The position numbers were made by a program, and so were the translations under genes. This document shows positions 23,501 to 37,385 of a DNA stretch of 64,000 nt, piece after piece. The DNA is from Azolla caroliniana. Its lineage: Eukaryota > Plantae > Polypodiophyta. The stretch spans positions 12,834,001-12,898,000 of the forward strand of contig JBHGNT010000016.1 of the NCBI GenBank assembly GCA_043228905.1, in the 5' to 3' direction. Positions within the stretch are counted from its first letter, which is position 1, and each line of letters begins with the position of its first letter. The notes under the pieces were generated by a model. That model did not search any database, was not told where the DNA came from, and was given only the letters and a program-made list of their open reading frames with translations.

Positions 23501-26500
23501 CGCATTGCTACTCATCCCACCATAGCTCTAATTTAGATTCTGACTCGAGCTCAGAGTTGCTATAGGAAAGCTTGGATGGAAGCGATGGAATGGGGAGTGA
23601 TGATAGTTGTCATAGCTGTGAAGAGTCCTTGGGACAGAAAAACAGACATGCAGAGAGGAGGGGATGATGAATGTAGAGAGGGGCTGATGATGGTTGGAGA
23701 TGCGATGGTAAAGGCATCACAAGCATATGCAAGGTCACCATCACGTTCCTCCCCCTCCTACTGTTGATTCTCTGTCATCCTGTGGGTGTGTCTGAGTATC
23801 TGTAAAACCGCCCACGAGTCACTACCTCCACCAAGGGCAAAGGGAATGAGGAAGGCAGGAGAGAGAGGGAGAAGGTTAGTTGTCTGCTTCCAAATCATTT
23901 TTCTCTGCGTCTGTTTCTGCGAGACCTCTATTGATAGCCTTTTCACCAAGGCCCAACTCTGGGCCACATCTTCTAGAATCCTTTTCTCCCAGAATCATAT
24001 GCATCAATTTTTCTTCTCACCCATGGAAACTTCTGCTTCCCCTCTTAGTTTAGTTGCTTTAGCTGCAAGAAGACCGATAGTATTCTGTAGATCTTCCACC
24101 ATAGAGCTGATGGATTGAAGACGATATTCAGCCATGGCTGTAGATTTCCTTTCAACTTCAATCCTCTCACTCTTCTATGATAGGATGTTCTCCATGTCTT
24201 CATCAAAAGTCTCTGATCTCATCAAAAACCTCTCATCGTATCATGTAGAGAGTCTTTCACCAAAAACATCTAATCAAAATGGCTCACTATACAATGAGTC
24301 CACACACAAGAACACACTCTCTAACACAGAGACTAATAGACATACAAAGATGGGGAGTGAGGGAGCGCTAGAATGACCTCTTCTCAAAGGAGGGTCGTCT
24401 GTTCAAGCGTGCCAAAAGTGTTGTCGGGGTGGGGGGTGAAGCCTAGAATGGCTCCCCTTATATTCTTACGGGTAACATTAACTGAACCGTCGGCATTGTA
24501 CTTTTACCTTGTGAACCCATTTGCAACCTATCGGTTTACAGTGTCAAGGAGGGTGAACGAGGTCCCATGTGTTGTTGGCATCGATTGCCTGCATTTCTTC
24601 TTCAATAGAGGCACGCCAATTTGCGTCCTTTGCCGCTTCTACGTAGCTCTCCAGCTTACGCACTTCCGCCACATTGGTCATGTACACATAGTGATGCGCT
24701 ATGTACTCATTGTACCCGTACCGCGTAACAGGGTTCTTCAGGCGGGAAGACCAGCGTAACTTGTCATCACCCGGTTTGGGGCCCTTCTTGGCTGGTTCAG
24801 ATTTCATTCCTGAAGATCCGCCTTCATCCTTTCTAGAGTTGGATTCGCTCCGATCCGACTCAACATTGCCAGTTTCGTATTCCGGCATCTTCTTCTGCCC
24901 CTTGTCTTTGCGCGTGAACCGTCTCCTCGGTTCCTTGCGTGGGGAGAGCACGACAGAGTTTCCACTACTCGCCAGTTCTTCATCCGACTAGTCATCTCGA
25001 CTCAGCCTCTCATTCGGTCCACTGAGCCGGAATGATGTCAGACTCTCTTCTAGAGTGCCAAAGTCTTCATTTTCTACTTGGAACTCTTCGGGCTCACTAG
25101 CCTCATCTTCCGGAATCAAGTCTTCGTCGGGAGTTGGAGTCGGTAAGGAGTACCTTGATGCCCTCTCATCAAACCCGACATCTCGGCTTGCTCAAACCTA
25201 CTTAGTCCGGGGGTTATAGCACTTATACCCCTTCTGCTCATGCAAGTAGCTGACTAGGATGCATTTCTCCGACTTCGGATCTAGCTTCTTCCGCTTCTCA
25301 TCCCGTACATGCACATATGCTATGCTACCGAATATCCGAAGGTGTCTCAAATTTGGCTTCCGCCCAAAATACAGCTCATGTGATGAAACCTTGTCTCCAA
25401 TCCGGTTTTGGATGTACATAGCCATCCAGACCGCCTTAGCCAAGTAGAATTGGGGCATGCTCTTCTCCTCCAGTATTTCCCTTGCCGCGTCGACAATCGA
25501 CCGGTTCTTCCTTTCGGCCACACCGTTTTGCTTCGGCGTGTATCTGCAGCTGAATTCTCTCCGAATTCCGTTCTGTTGCAGATAACTGTTGAATTGGCCG
25601 GTAAGTATTCTTTTCCACCATCCGACCGTAAGCATTTGTCCTTCCTCTTCGTTTCCCGTTCAACTAAGCTTTGAAAGTTCCGGAAACATTCGAAGACTTC
25701 GCTCTTCCTTTCGATGAGGTAGATCCACGTGTGCCGGCTATAGTCGTCGATGAAGGAGATGAAGTATTGAATACCGCCAAGACTATCGTTCTGTGCCGGT
25801 CCCCACACATCTGAATGTATTAGATCGAGCTTGTTATGGCTCCGGTTTCATTCGATGGGGAATGGAAGCCGGTGTCTCTTCCTATGTTGCTAGGCTTCAC
25901 AAATTTCGGCCTTCCGGCTGCTAAATTTCAGCGAACTGAAGACAACTTGTTTTGATTGCAGGTCCTGAAGCCTCTGGTAGTTGACGTGGCTGATCCGCTT
26001 GTGCGACAGGTCGATGTCCGACTCGACCTTCTGTCCTTTGGCAAACATGGCGGTGCCAACATCATTGGTGTTGAGGATGAACATCCTCGCTTCTCTGCGC
26101 CCTTGCGCAATTATCCGGCCTTCCTCCTCAATGAAACACCCTAGGTGCGTAAACCGCACCTGCATCCCCTAGTCGATGATTTGTCCAACTGACACCATGT
26201 TCTTTGTGATAGGTGGAACGTGTAGTACATTCATCAGCTTCCCCTTTTGTCCGACATGTCTTAAAGTGACTTCTCCGACATGCACAATCGGGTGAGGGGT
26301 GTCGTCTCCAATTTCGACAATTCTTGGTTGTTCCAGCTGCTCCAAAAAAGAGAACCACTCTTCATGGTTTGTCATGTGGTTGGATGCTCCGGAATCAACG
26401 TACCATACTTTCTCTGATTTGGAAGTAGTTTTCTTCATCGAGTTAGTCGTGTGCTTCATCACGAAGGCTGGCCCTTTACCGGTTTTCCCGGTTCCGGATC

Positions 26501-27526
26501 CTTCCGATACTTCCGCGTAGTGTGAGCTTTGCCGATTCTCCCGAACGGTTTTGCCGGATCCGGATTTGTCTGAATCGGTGCGCTTCTTCCAGCACTCGCT
26601 TTCCCTTTGCTACAGTACCAGCAGTCCGTGTCGGCCTTTTCTTGCCAATTCTCGGCGCCGCTTTGACTCCCCCTGGTTGTGGAGGGTTTGGAACTGCTGT
26701 CGGCACCACCTCTATGCCTCCGGTCCTACTCTTGCCAACCACCTCCATTGCGTGCCAACCCACCACGACCATGGGGCCGATCTGTCTCTGTGTACAACAT
26801 CCAACCGTCTGATTGAGTGGTCCTTGATCCACTCATGTAGTTTTCTTCGACCATCAACATCGATCGCAAGTCAAAGAAAGATGGTGGTTTCTCCCGGGTG
26901 CAGATCATTGTTCGGATTGACCCATACCTTTGTGCTAGACCACCGAGGCAAATTTGTAGCATCTCGTCTTCGTCCACCGTCACGTTCATGGACCTGAGTG
27001 CATCCTAAATCTCCTTTATCTTGGTGGTGTAATCTGTAACCGACATGTCTATTTGCCGGATGTTGTTTAGCTCTTGCCAGAGCTGCAACTTACTAGTTGT
27101 GGTATTCGTGACAAAAATATTCCTCAGATTTCCCCAGGCCTCCTTCGGTGTCTTTGCAGCCTTGATGTAGTCGAGCATTTGATCATGCACACAAGACGCG
27201 AGGTAGTACAATACTCGGCTCGCTCCTTGCTCCCATACGGGGAAGTCATTGTGTGCCGACTTCGGCGCTACCTCGTTCGTTACTTCCACGAATCTCCAAT
27301 GTCCATGCCCAAGCAGGTACTGGTGCATCTTCTATGACTAGGACGCGTAGTTGCTCCCGTTGAGCTTCTTTGTTGGAAGTGAACTCGCCATTCCTCTATC
27401 CATAACTTCTCTATGTCTGTTGTTACTGGGTTCTAGGGTTCATCTACGAAAGCAAGTGTCGGCTCCAGAGGTTCTCAACCCTCGCGCTCTGATACCATGT
27501 GAATGTCAATGTGCGGAAGCATTAGA
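20505..27526 (-). mobile_element. Truncated Ty1/copia element, same family as 4251-9455, interrupted by 21546-24477
   Basis: Perfect iMet PBS (gctctgatacca 27486-27497 on +); gag MHQYLLGHG, protease WYVDSGASNH, integrase (YFISFIDDYSR, QNGVAERKN), RT and RNase H fragments. Confidence 0.92.
21546..24477 (-). mobile_element. Non-autonomous LTR element (2.9 kb) with one internally deleted LTR
   Basis: Terminal repeats 21546-21870 and 24419-24477 share ttgtcggggtggggggtgaagcctagaatggct...tatattcttacgggtaaca; perfect 5-bp TSD TTAAC; PBS-like TGGCACGCTTGAACAG on the minus strand at about 24399-24414. Confidence 0.82.
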
Positions 27527-28444
27527 CAGAACCAGTTCAGCCGGATAGCAAAAAAGAATAAGATGACGGTTTAATGGAGTCGATTGATCCTAAATATGGG
27601 CGAAAGGACCGGCCAAGTCCTCACAGAGGACATGAGGCAAAAATCAATGAGACTAGCTATCGATGAGTCGACAGAAGCCCATCACTCGACTGAATCGTTC
27701 GATAGACAAAGTCGAATGAAAGAACAACCCGACAGAACCAATCGTTGCTACAGCCAATCGAAAACAAGGAGTGACTGACAACCGAACAAGTGAGTACTGC
27801 ACACACTACAGGAAAGATGTCCACAATGTTTCCGACTGCTGGTCAATAAAAAGAAAAGAGAGTGGTCGGCGATCCGAGCGGATTCGGGGACGTTCGGAAT
27901 CGGACCACTCTCCAGTCGGCAACCAGATCAATGTTTCTGACATCCGATCTGGAGAAATCCTCTCCCTAGGGGATTCGATGATTGGAAAAGTCCTCTATAG
28001 TGCACAAGTTGCACACACGTGGCTACTAGACTCTGGTGCCACATTTCACGTGACCCCCAACATTGAATGGTTCTCGAACTATTCAGTCGATGCCAGCGGC
28101 ATAGTCCGATTGGGAAACAGGTAGGAGTGCAAGATAGTCGGAATTGGGGAGGTTCCCATCATATTGCCAAATGGCAACACAATAACCCTACACCAAGTTC
28201 GGCACGTACCCGATCTAAAGAGGAGTCTGGTCTCCATCGGCATGTTAGCCGAAGACGGGTATCGAACAACTCTACATGAGTCAACATGGGTGATCAACCG
28301 AGGAAACCTCAAAATCGGTAGTGGGCATAAGTATAATAATCTATACCCATTGATGATGATCAATCCTGAAGGGGCCGTGAAGGTAGCCGAGAAAACCGAC
28401 ACAAACTTACGGCATGGCCAAGTTGGCGACATCTGTCAAGCCGG

Positions 28445-29192
28445 TGTTGTCTGAATCTTCACACACTATGTAAAAAAATAATGAAATAATTATTATAGAT
28501 TAGATTAGTAGCTTACTATAGAAAGAAGGATATACTCAAGAGCTTCAAAACATATTTTACTATATACAAAATGGAGAAATACATATCAACTTATGTGAAA
28601 ATGAAGTTTGAGAAGATAGGGAAATTAGAACTATCCCACATAGATAGGAAACTTAAGGCCCTAGCTATATAAGCACCTTGAGCTCCCTCATTTTTCATTT
28701 GTGTTAAGAGCACTTTGGCCACTTTGTCTTAATAGATGATGGTGGCCAAGTTCCTAAAAACCGGAAACTGGCCGATATGCAAACCGGAAACCGGTCGGTA
28801 AGCAAATTCAGAAACCATTCGGTAAGCAAATCTGAAAACCAACCAGTATGCAAATCGGAAACCAGCCGGTAAGAAAAAACCGGAATCCAGAAACCGGCTG
28901 GTAAGCAAAATCGGAACCGACAACCGACAATCAAACCAGAACTAGAACCGACAAGAAAACCGGAACCGGGACCGGTCGGCAATCAAACCGGAACCGGCAA
29001 GCAAAATGGATTAATTGTAATCTCAATCTTGGGATTAATTGTAATCTTTCTTTCTACTTGTTAATGAAATTTGTTAATCTTTCTCATTTCGGTTAATTCT
29101 TAGTACATAACTACACGAATTTGATATCCTCTAGTCAAAGGCCCCGGGGTCTTGCCTCAACGTTCACGTATCCTCGTCGTATTTTCACGACA
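28445..29192 (+). mobile_element. Family X solo LTR, internally deleted
   Basis: Closely matches 10296-10950 and 15030-15198; ends ACGACA; TSD CCGG/CCAG. Confidence 0.88.
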
Positions 29193-32100
29193 CCAGACTT
29201 GATCGGCTGATGTCGGTCGGCTACATCACAAAACTCCAGGCAAAGATGAGCTTCTGCGAGCATTGTCGATATGAAAAATTGATCTAAAGTCCGCACTCTC
29301 TCCACTACGAGACGGTGTCGTGTTGTTCCGCTGACGCGGGAGAAACTAAGGTGGGACCACGGGGGTCTTGGACCGAGGGGTTTAAGAGATAAAAAGAAAG
29401 AGAGACAGAGATACGCGAGCGTATCACCGGTTAGGCCTGCTCGTTGCCAACAGTGTTACTAGCCGAATAAGACCTTAACGCGTATAGTCTCCGAACCTGA
29501 TACACGCTCACCGGACAAGGTAGAGGGAACTCACGAGAACACAAAGAGAGAGAAAATAGAAGTTTGAATTCAATAACTAGCAAGGTTACAATGTATGCAA
29601 GATTACAACCGGCAAGCTGGCCAAAGACCCAACACAGAGAACCCACGCACACACACGCGACACAGAGAATGCACGGTGGAGCCTCTGCTGGAAGCACATG
29701 GGCTTATGGGCAGCAAAGGCAATCGACCCAGAAACAGAGTGGAGAGCAACGGTAGTGGAGGAGAGAGCTCAATACCTAGTCAGACAACACCTCGTCCTCG
29801 TAAAAAAAAATGCCCCCCCGCTCTTCTTCTTCTCCCCTCCCTTTTATAGGTCGCCGAGGAGGCCGTTACATCAAAACACATAAACTTTATTCTCTGTCCC
29901 TTCGGACAGAGATACGCATCGATTTCCTAGCTAATGAATATGTCATACCTAGTATATTTACATCAGTTGTTCTATTCCTAGTTATGTACAATGTATCAAT
30001 TCACGCGCACTCGTGAAAGGGCGGGTTCATGCCTTTAATTCCTTGATTCCTCTTAGGGCCGGTTTTCTTCACGACATCCAAACCCACCAAACCGCGCATC
30101 CACCGGTATGCACCAGACACGAACAATCGTTGGAGAAGACCGACCCGGAATCATTCGTCACTTCCCGAATCCTCGTCTGCTCTGAACTGGTCGTCGTCGT
30201 CGGTCACGCTTCCCGAGTCCAACTCGTCCCCATGCCGCGTCTTGAACATCTTGATCCGCTTCCCAGCCACCAACACTATTAATCGTGTCCTATCAAGCTC
30301 TGCAAGATGATACGTCTTGTTGTCATTCGCGCTCGTTACGACGTAGGGCCCGAACCACCTCCTTGTGAATTTGTGCGTTGCCTTGTGCTGATTGTCGAGG
30401 CTGTTGTCATACACCAATACCCAGTCGCCTTCCTCGATCTTCTTTGGCCGCAACCAGTGCGTTCGGTCGAACCGGCCGTTGTTCCTCTCCCTCGCCGAAT
30501 GTAGCTTTGCCTTTGCACGCTCCACGTCCTTTGGTCTTCACTCGAGCTATCGAATCCGCGCCGCCAGCAGCTCCTCCTAGCTCATCTCGTCTCTCCAATC
30601 TATTGTCGCCCAAGAGGAAATCGTCCAGTCTACCGGCATGATAGGCTTCTGCCCATACATCAGCTTCGCTGGCATGAACCCTGTTACCGAACTGTGCGTA
30701 GTTCAGTCAGCCCACAACGCGTAAGGAAGGAGTTACGGCCAATTTCCGACCTATCCGTTGCACGCGCGTACTAGCGCCTTCACGATCGGCTTGTGCCCGC
30801 ATTCTACCTTCCCGTTGGCCTCCGGATTGTATGTTGTGGTGAGAGAGAGCTTGACCCCTAGCCAGTCGAGCAACTCCTCAACTTCTTGCGCGTCTAGCTC
30901 TCCTCGGTCGGCCATGATCTTCCCTACGCACCCGTACTAGCATACTACCTCTTCAATTAGAAATCAGCACACTACCATGTCGTCTTGTTCTACAGTGCAT
31001 GGCCCTCCACCTGGTTCTTCAAATCCTCCCCGTCGTACTCGCTCTCGTTGAACTCGTTAAGCGCCGGAGTGCTCCCTGCCCCTTGTCGCTACGTGAGCCG
31101 ACTTGAAGAAGTCTACGCCAACTCGTTGATGTGGTCCACGACGAATTTCCGGCATCTGTCCGGCCCGACCGATTCATCCTTATTCCCCATCGGACATCCC
31201 TTGATCGGGATGTCGTCCAAGAATGGCATGGTGATGTCTGGGACGCAGTCCCTTAGCACCTTGTTCATTGCAGCCACTGAGTTGGTCCCTCCCTCCGGCA
31301 GGGTACACATCCGCACTAGGCCGAGAGGAGTCCGCATCGTCGTGATATCCCTGCTCTCTATGGCTAGTTGGAATTGATCATACCCCGAATATAGATCACC
31401 GACCGAATAGATTGACCTTCCGGCGAAGGCCTCCACGGACTCATCGATTGTCGGTCTGATACCTACGTTTGGAATGGTCACCTTGTTGACTGGCTACAGG
31501 TCTTGTATGAAGCGCAACGTGCCGTTCTTTTTCGGCACGGTGAACCACCAATTCGAATACGGGGCACTCGACGGCTCGAGGATGCCTATCTCCACTTTCT
31601 GTTTCAGCAGCTCCATCAACTTTAGGATGTGAGCTCTACGCACCCGATCTCCTCCGGTGAGAATGCAAAGGCCTTCCCGTGCCTTCCAAGCATCCTTCGA
31701 AACCGGTTCTCCTCCGTCGGCAGTAGAAAGCCACCCCCACTAACCTTGAGCTCCCGTAGCGTTATGTCGGTGAACCGGTGTCCTATGCTGGCAGGATTCC
31801 GCAAACTTGGGTCAGACGCGATCCCTTTCATCCGCTCCTTGCTGCCCTCTGGCAAGGGAGTCTAGACTGGCCTCACCTTCCGATCCACAGTCTTGTACCT
31901 TGCATCCATGCGAGCCGTTCGGTCCGACTCGACCCTTTCTCCGAAGTCAGCAATGACTTCGTACACCTCCACCGAGCTAACCGGAATCGTCTAATCTTCA
32001 CTAAGGCCTTCTTCGACCACACCGTGTAATTCCCCCAAGGTGTCATCGAAGGAGACCGCCTCCACGGCGTCGCCAATCTCTTCGCCAGGGCCGAGGACAC

Positions 32101-32876
32101 TGCACGCCCTGAATCTTTCCTCCGCCCTCTTCTTTTCCAGGCCGCTGATGCCGGCTATAGTACAACCTCCGTTATCGGAGAACCAACATTTCCTATCTAT
32201 GGTACATGTGTGGGGTTTCTCTGAGGTGTCCAGACTATCGTAGCCCCACACCTTGATAGCCCTCTCTAAAAATCGCCTTGGCTATCACCGCCGAGGGTCT
32301 CACAGTTAGGCTCATGATTCGGCCTTACCGTCAGAAATTGAACGGAGCGCTACTTGTCCTCGCTCTTCACGTGCGTGTACACCGAACCGTTGTCAAGCAC
32401 CTTCGTTTTCATGCGTGTCGCCGTAATGTACAGTTCGCCGAGTATCACCAGGTGCAAGGATGTCTCTTGCACAAAGAAGTGTTGATCTATCTTGACGTCG
32501 CCGATCTTTACGCATACATTCGGGCACGCACCATGCAACTCCTTCATAGCGCATGTCACTGCGCGTATCTTCCACCCGTGCTTGGTGTTGATCGGCCATT
32601 TTCCCTTGTTATAGAAATCCATGGTCTATCAATGCCACCACTGACTTCGGATCATCCCCAATCCGAACAGGGGTCTCCGTAGTGGCTTTGGCCCAATGCA
32701 ACTTCAAATAGTGGCTGGCCGCCAACTCGTCGTCTAGGGCCGTGTCTTCTAGGCATGTCGTCCGCACCTCCACAAGCTTCTTCGGCTCCGGCTCCGGCTC
32801 CGTCGAGAGCCGCTTACGCTTTACCAAGTCTACAATGCAGTCGTGGAACTCCTTGGCAATCCCGAGTACCTCCCGC

Positions 32877-34177
32877 TGTCGTGAAAATCCGTCACTATGT
32901 GCGGAACGTGAGACGGAACCGCCAGGGTTCTGGACTAGAAGGATTTAGAGCAACATGTACAACAAAATCAGGTTCTAAGCATAAGACAAGTGGGAGAGAC
33001 AAATCATTTGTTTATTGCAAAAGAAAATCGATTCTTTATCATTTCAGAATCGTGTTACAATGGGTTGGGTATGGAAATGAGAGATTAATTTTTCAAAGAA
33101 AGGAGCCAACAACCATGCAAGGAGTGGTCCGATATGAATACGAGAGATAATTTTTGACCAGAAAGATCAAGTAAACAAAGCTAGGAGTTTGATATCAATA
33201 TGTGAGATAATTTGTTTCTCGAATCCGAGAGGGAAGAAGAAAGAAGGGGAAAAAAAAATAAAAAAACTAGGAGGGAAAAAATGGGACATATATTGAGCTC
33301 CTCATTGATCCTCCTCCCCAATGTTACTTTGCATGCCCACTTTTAGTTAGATGGCCTCTATTTTTAGTTGCATGGCCTCTGCTTTTAGTTGCATGCTTCC
33401 ATTTTTAGATGCATGCCTTTTACTTTTAGTTGCATGGCCTTGGCTTTTGGTTGCATGCGATTGTCCGTATAATTCGGCCAAATGACACAATCATCCATAT
33501 AGTTTAGCCCGTGCGCAATCCGTACGTGCGTCGCAACCAAACCGTAGACGCGTCCGCGCGCAAAAGTCCCAACCGCGTAGTAGTGTATGCATCCACGCAT
33601 GCGCGCGTCCCGACCACGCCGTAGTGTACGCATCCACGCGCGTGCGCGTCCAACCTGCACCGTGTACGCATCCGCGCGCAAAAGTCTCGATCGCGCCGTA
33701 GTGTATGCATCAACGCATGCGCGCGTGCGCACACACGCATCGGCACGCTCGTCCGCACATACGCATCCATCCGAAAGCATCCACGGGTACGCCCGAAACT
33801 TGCACACACGCGTACATCTGAAGACGTCCATGTGCATGTATGTCCAAAAACGTCCATGCAACCACATAGTGTAGCCCAAGTCACCTTGAACATTCTATGC
33901 TCCACACATTGATAGAATGAATATGTTTTGGTTTCCTTTATATATTCTGGGTTCCAATGTTGTCCTATCTATGTGGGATATCTCACAGTTTTGTCTTTTC
34001 TTTTCTTTTCTTCAAACTTCACACTCACATAACTTGATACTTGTTTATCCGTTTTATGTGTAGTAAAATACGCTATAAAGATCTTGAACACATCTATCTT
34101 TCCATATCCATATATTAAGCTAATCGTAAATAATTATTTTACTAGTTTTCATATCGTGTGTGAAAAACCACACGACA
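32877..34177 (-). mobile_element. Solo LTR related to family X, with a different CG-rich repeat core
   Basis: TGTCGT...ACGACA termini; perfect TSD CCGC; shares ttttagttgcatggc repeats and ctatctatgtgggata with family X. Confidence 0.88.
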
Positions 34178-35801
34178 CCGCAACGACAGCTCCACCTTGC
34201 TGTCGAGGATTCGTTCCTCAAGGACCTTTCCTAGGTCCGTCGTTCACTCAATTTCAGTGCTCGGCCGGAAACCGGCCTGCTTCTTTCTATTTGGCGCCCC
34301 GGTGTTGGTGGCATCGTTCAACTTCGGTCCGAACCGGGTCTCGTACCATTCTGAGGGACTGGCACCTCCAGCCTTTCCTGTGTGCTTGTCTTCTACCAGA
34401 ACCTTATAGTTCTAGCATGTGGCTTCCATGAAGCCAGTGTTTCCTTCAACTGGATCATCCATCCGGTGACCTCCCGAATCTGTTGCTCCGTGCGGTCCAC
34501 TTCCTCTTTCCTCAACCGAACTCTAGAGAGGCCTTCTAGCACTAGCGGCCAGAATCCGGAGTCTTTCGCCTTCCGGCCCTCATCACCCCCGACCTGGATA
34601 CTCACCGACACAAAGTAGTGGACAACCTCTGCATGTCCCACCGCGGCTTCCTCCAACAACCGCTTCATTCTATCGTGCGTGGTATTTAACTCCAAGGCTT
34701 TCCGTGTGTCATTGGCGTGCACGCGCCCATTCTAGAGGTACACCACGTTGGTCCTGAGTGCCTCTGCAAAATCCGCATAGTCTTTCTGGATGTGACCAAC
34801 AACATCACACCACATGCATCGATGCCCTGCCGGCGGCCTCCGGTCACGAGGTTGATCGTCGTTGTCCCTCCGTGCTTGCGCGATCTGGAGGTCGCGCACC
34901 ATTTGCGTCAGCTCTTCCAGAGCCACTCCTCCGAAAGGACCTTTGACCACTCCGCTCGAGGCCGAGCCCGTCTCGAGCCAACTCAGAGTCTCTTCCTCCC
35001 TGGCCGGCACCGATACCGGCTCTTAGAGCTTCCTCGCTAGGACCGGCCCGGACGCTGACGAGCCCTCATCGTTGCAGTCGCGCCGCTTCTCAAAGCGGGC
35101 GCAGACTCTTTTGACCACGGCCTAGTCAGCCGTGAGCCCTTCATCCGTTTCCAATAGGAGACCCGCCTTCACCCGATCCAGCGTGTGCACCGACTTGACG
35201 AACAACAAGACCCTGCTCATGTCGAACATGATCCAATCTAGCGCCGACAGCCGAGCGAACCGCTTTTCGAATTCCTAGAGGAGCACCGACGTGTTCCTCC
35301 CCTTTCCAGGGCTCTCAACCCACCCCATGAAGTCCTCCTTTGACAATCAAAGTGAGTCGTCGAACCCGTACTTCTCAAATAGCCGCCCCTCGAACTCCTC
35401 CCAAGTCTGCCATCCAGCCAGCACCTCGAGCACCTCCGTGTGGATGCTCGGCGTCACCACTCGAGGGAATCCGGACAGCCGTTTGTCCTCCAGGATGTCC
35501 CTCATGATCATTTCAGCCCGATAGGCCTCCAAATAGCTCATGGCATTCATTCCACCGAATCGTCCTATGGTGTCGACAATCAATTCTATGGCTCTATCGA
35601 GGGCACCCATCCCCTCACGAGCGTTCACTAGCCGGTTGACAGCTAATGCGATGGCTTCTACAAGCTCGGATCCCCTCATCTTACACTCTTCTACCGCCTT
35701 GTTTCACGTCGGGTTACAAAATTTATGTCGTGTTTTTCCGCTCACGCGGGAGAAACTAAGGCGGGACCGCGGGGGTCCTCGACCGAGGGGTTTAAGAGAT
35801 C

Positions 35802-35846
<45 letters not shown>

Positions 35847-36131
35847 GAGGGTATCGCCGGTTAGGCCTGCTCGTTGCCGACAGTGTTACTAGCTGACTAG
35901 GACCTGAATGCTTATAGTCTCCGAACCTTATACACGCTCACCGGATAAGGTAGAGGGAACTCACGAGAACACAAAGAGAGAGAAAATAGAAGTTTGAATT
36001 CAATAACTAGCAAGGTTATAATGTATGCAAGATTACAACCGGCAAGCCGGCAACAGATCCAACACAGAGAACCCACGCACACACACGCGACACAGAGAAC
36101 GCACGGTGGAGCCTCTGCTGGAAGCACGCGG

Positions 36132-37385
36132 TGTCGCCGAAATACGACGAGGATACGTGAACTTTGAGGCAAGACCCCGGGGCCTCCGACTGGAAGATAT
36201 CAGATTCGTATGATTATATTAAACAATTAATACAAAATGATAAAGATTCACAAATTTCATTAATAACGGGAAAGAAAGATTACAATCAATCTCAAGATTG
36301 AGATTACAAAAATTTGCTAATGGAGATGACTAGAGTAATAGATTAGAAGAAATGAAATATGGATTTAATTAGAATATTAGGGTTTTTAGCTTCAATTCAA
36401 AAATTAGGGTTTTTGAGTTATATGGCTTTGATTAGGAAATTAGGGTTTATGACTTCCGTAAGGAAATTTAGGGTTCTTGGCTTCGATAAGATAAGAGAGC
36501 TCCGAAGGAAAGGAAGAACAATATAATATGGAGAGAGCATATGAGTATAGGAAAAAAAATGGAATTATATATGGAGTTCCTCGTTGATCATATGCCTCCA
36601 CTTTTTGTTGCATGGCCTCTACTTTTAGTTGCATAGCTTTTCTTTTCGTTGAATCTATTTTTAGTTGCATGCGACCGTCCACTTGACCTTTACTTTAGTC
36701 TCTTTTACCTTTCTTTAAATAGCCACATGATCCTTTTATCCGTTCGATTTGCGTCCAACCTCGTATGGTCGCCGGTTCTGCCCGATCGCCGAATCCCTAG
36801 CCGGCCGATTCCATTTTGCTTGTCGGCCGCTTCCGGTTTTGCTTACCGGCCGGTTTCCAATTTGAGTACCGGTTCTTGTTTGCATACTGGTTCCGGTTCC
36901 GGTTTTGCTTACCGGTCGGTTTCGGTTTTGCTTGCCGGCCGGTTCTGATTTGCTTGCCGATTTCCGATTGCGGTTTTGCATACCGGTCGGTTTCCAGTTT
37001 GCATACCGGCCAGTTTCCGGATTTGCTTACCGGACCCATTTTCCAGATTTGCTTACCGGCCGGTTTTCGGATTTAGGGAATTTGGCCACCATCATCCATC
37101 AAGACAAAGTGGCCAAAGTGCTCTTAGAACAAATGAAAAATGAGGGAGCTCAAGGTGCTTATATAGCCAGGGCCTTAAGTTTCCTATCTATGTGGGATAG
37201 TTCTAATTTCTCTATCTTCTTAAACTTTATTTTCACATAACTTGATATGTATTTCTCCATTTTGTATATAGTAAAATACATTTTGAAGCTCTTGAGTATA
37301 TCCATCTTTCTATAATAAGCTACTAATCTAATCTATAATAATTATTTCATTATTTTTTACATAGTGTGTGAAGATTCACACGACA
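36132..37385 (-). mobile_element. Family X solo LTR, inverted, inside the gypsy 5' LTR
   Basis: Reverse complement of the reconstructed 10296-15198 LTR; TSD GCGG/ACGG. Confidence 0.9.

Noticed and set aside
35804-35843. (AG)n microsatellite
   Set aside because: Ordinary slippage expansion in one LTR copy; the partner LTR has a short version at about 29395-29410.
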